The position numbers were made by a program, and so were the translations under genes. A model generated the notes under the pieces. That model searched no databases, was not told the DNA's origin, and saw only the letters and a list, made by a program, of their open reading frames with translations. A DNA stretch of 64,000 nucleotides from Candidatus Latescibacterota bacterium (GTDB lineage Bacteria > Latescibacterota > UBA2968 > UBA8231), in NCBI GenBank assembly GCA_965206595.1, contig OZ242214.1, forward strand, positions 5,120,001 to 5,184,000, written 5' to 3'. Positions 62,831 through 64,000 of this stretch are shown one piece after another; positions within the stretch are counted from its first letter, which is position 1; every line of letters begins with the position of its first letter.

Positions 62831-63346
62831 TTGAATTTTCTGGGTATGGTCCATCTCGATTTTCAAGCTCGGTTTGGGTCAGCGATCCTCGCCTCGTTGT
62901 GGCTGCTTGCAAGTGCTTGCGGGGATTCAACTGACGAACGCAGGTATTCAACGCCTGCGGCTACCTACAAAACCTACCGACAAGCCGTGGAAAGGAACGA
63001 CGCGGTCGGGGCTTGGGATTGTCTGGCAGCGAGCTACCGGAAAGCCGACTTCGAAGGAAACCTGGAACACTGGAAGGACAACTGGCCGGAGCAGCGCCGG
63101 GCTTTGGAAAGGGACTTGGCGAAGCGGGAGATCGTCGAAGAGCGCGAAATCAACAATCGAATCGCCTATCTGCTGTTCGATGTCAATACCGGCAAAGGCG
63201 AATCGCCAACGTCTCCCTATTTCTACTTTCTCCGCGAGGACGATCTGCGCAATAAAGGCTGGAAGATAACCTCCTATCTCGACAGCACTTTCCACCAGGA
63301 ACTCGAACGAGCCATCGCGAGCGGCGAGTACTCGGTGCCTCGCTGA
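62831..63346 (+). CDS. Hypothetical lipoprotein
   Basis: Lipobox-like LLASA-C; TP..TY..Y..A helix and WKI end suggest an NTF2-like fold. Confidence 0.65.
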   Translation: MNFLGMVHLDFQARFGSAILASLWLLASACGDSTDERRYSTPAATYKTYRQAVERNDAVGAWDCLAASYRKADFEGNLEHWKDNWPEQRRALERDLAKREIVEEREINNRIAYLLFDVNTGKGESPTSPYFYFLREDDLRNKGWKITSYLDSTFHQELERAIASGEYSVPR

Positions 63347-63558
63347 CCAGAGAAGGCCGCCATCTTCGGGCGGCTGTTCACCTGACCCCCTCCCCCGGTT
63401 TCGATTTATCCCCTGTTTACTGCAACTGCACCCGGTATGGCTCTATACCAGGCATGCTTGATATGCATAGCGCCAAATTCTTGCACATTGGAACTGCGCC
63501 GGCCTATTTTGGCCTTGCTTTGCGGTGACTGCAGCAAACCTGGGAGGAGGAAGGATAC

Positions 63559-64000
63559 GTGCCATCGTCGCTTTTCAGGAGTTGTGCAGCAGGAATGGTC
63601 GTCTGCATGATTGGGATGGTCCCGCCGTCAACCGCCCAGAAGGGCAGAACCATGTTCGGCGAAAATCAGGTTGAGACGATCAAAGCGATGAAAAAGATCG
63701 TCAAGGCGATCGGCGTGAAGCAGTGCACCTATTGCCACATCAAAAAGGGCGGAAAACCGAAATTCGACCTTGAAACACCGAACAAGGAAATTGCCCGGCA
63801 TATGAAGCAGGGTTTCATCGACAGTTTGGTTTCACGGGGTCGGGTGGAGCTGAGCCTTTCGGAGTCGGGTTACAAAACCGGTGTGGTCGCCGTGTACATT
63901 TCCTCGGGCGAAAACGCGGGAATTCACCTGACAGCCACAACCGGAGCTGCGCTTGAGGAAGGTGAGAATCTGCCCGATGGTGTTGTGGCATTGAGGTATG
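63559..64000 (+). CDS. Secreted c-type cytochrome, runs off the window end
   Basis: GGAGG RBS, GTG start, signal peptide, M..IVKAIGVKQ-CTYCH (63724-63738), KEIARHM. Confidence 0.8.
   Translation, partial: MPSSLFRSCAAGMVVCMIGMVPPSTAQKGRTMFGENQVETIKAMKKIVKAIGVKQCTYCHIKKGGKPKFDLETPNKEIARHMKQGFIDSLVSRGRVELSLSESGYKTGVVAVYISSGENAGIHLTATTGAALEEGENLPDGVVALRY

Noticed and set aside
63509-63524. Sigma54 promoter upstream of the cytochrome gene
   Set aside because: The GG-to-GC spacing is 9 nt rather than the required 10

Overview
GC-rich bacterial chromosomal window. The expansion of PhyH dioxygenases (5), Gfo/Idh/MocA oxidoreductases (4) and enolase-superfamily enzymes (2) resembles sponge-associated or marine Latescibacterota/Poribacteria-type genomes; this taxonomy is inference only. 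The left part (1-35.8 kb) is mostly accessory catabolic genes. It also holds an isoprenoid cassette (squalene synthase and ispH converging on an MMPL, LolA-like and outer-membrane barrel triad), a selenocysteine peroxiredoxin split by the ORF track (in-frame UGA plus SECIS-like hairpin), several gene remnants, hemF, mntR and gap. The middle has tRNA-Sec (selC), a 169-bp CTAG-bounded fold-back element, and a rearranged ispE-tRNA-Gln-rplY-pth-hppA-rpsF-DUF2232-rplI cluster lacking prs, ssb and rpsR. The right part has a TPR/sigma54-activator/HtrA/M24 operon and a cytochrome c maturation operon with a Cys-type CcmE, split by an ISKra4-like element nested inside an IS4 remnant. It ends with tandem DUF151 nucleases behind a perfect FNR-type box and a truncated c-type cytochrome. 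No CRISPR array, rRNA or prophage was seen. All family assignments come from motif recognition by eye, not database searches.
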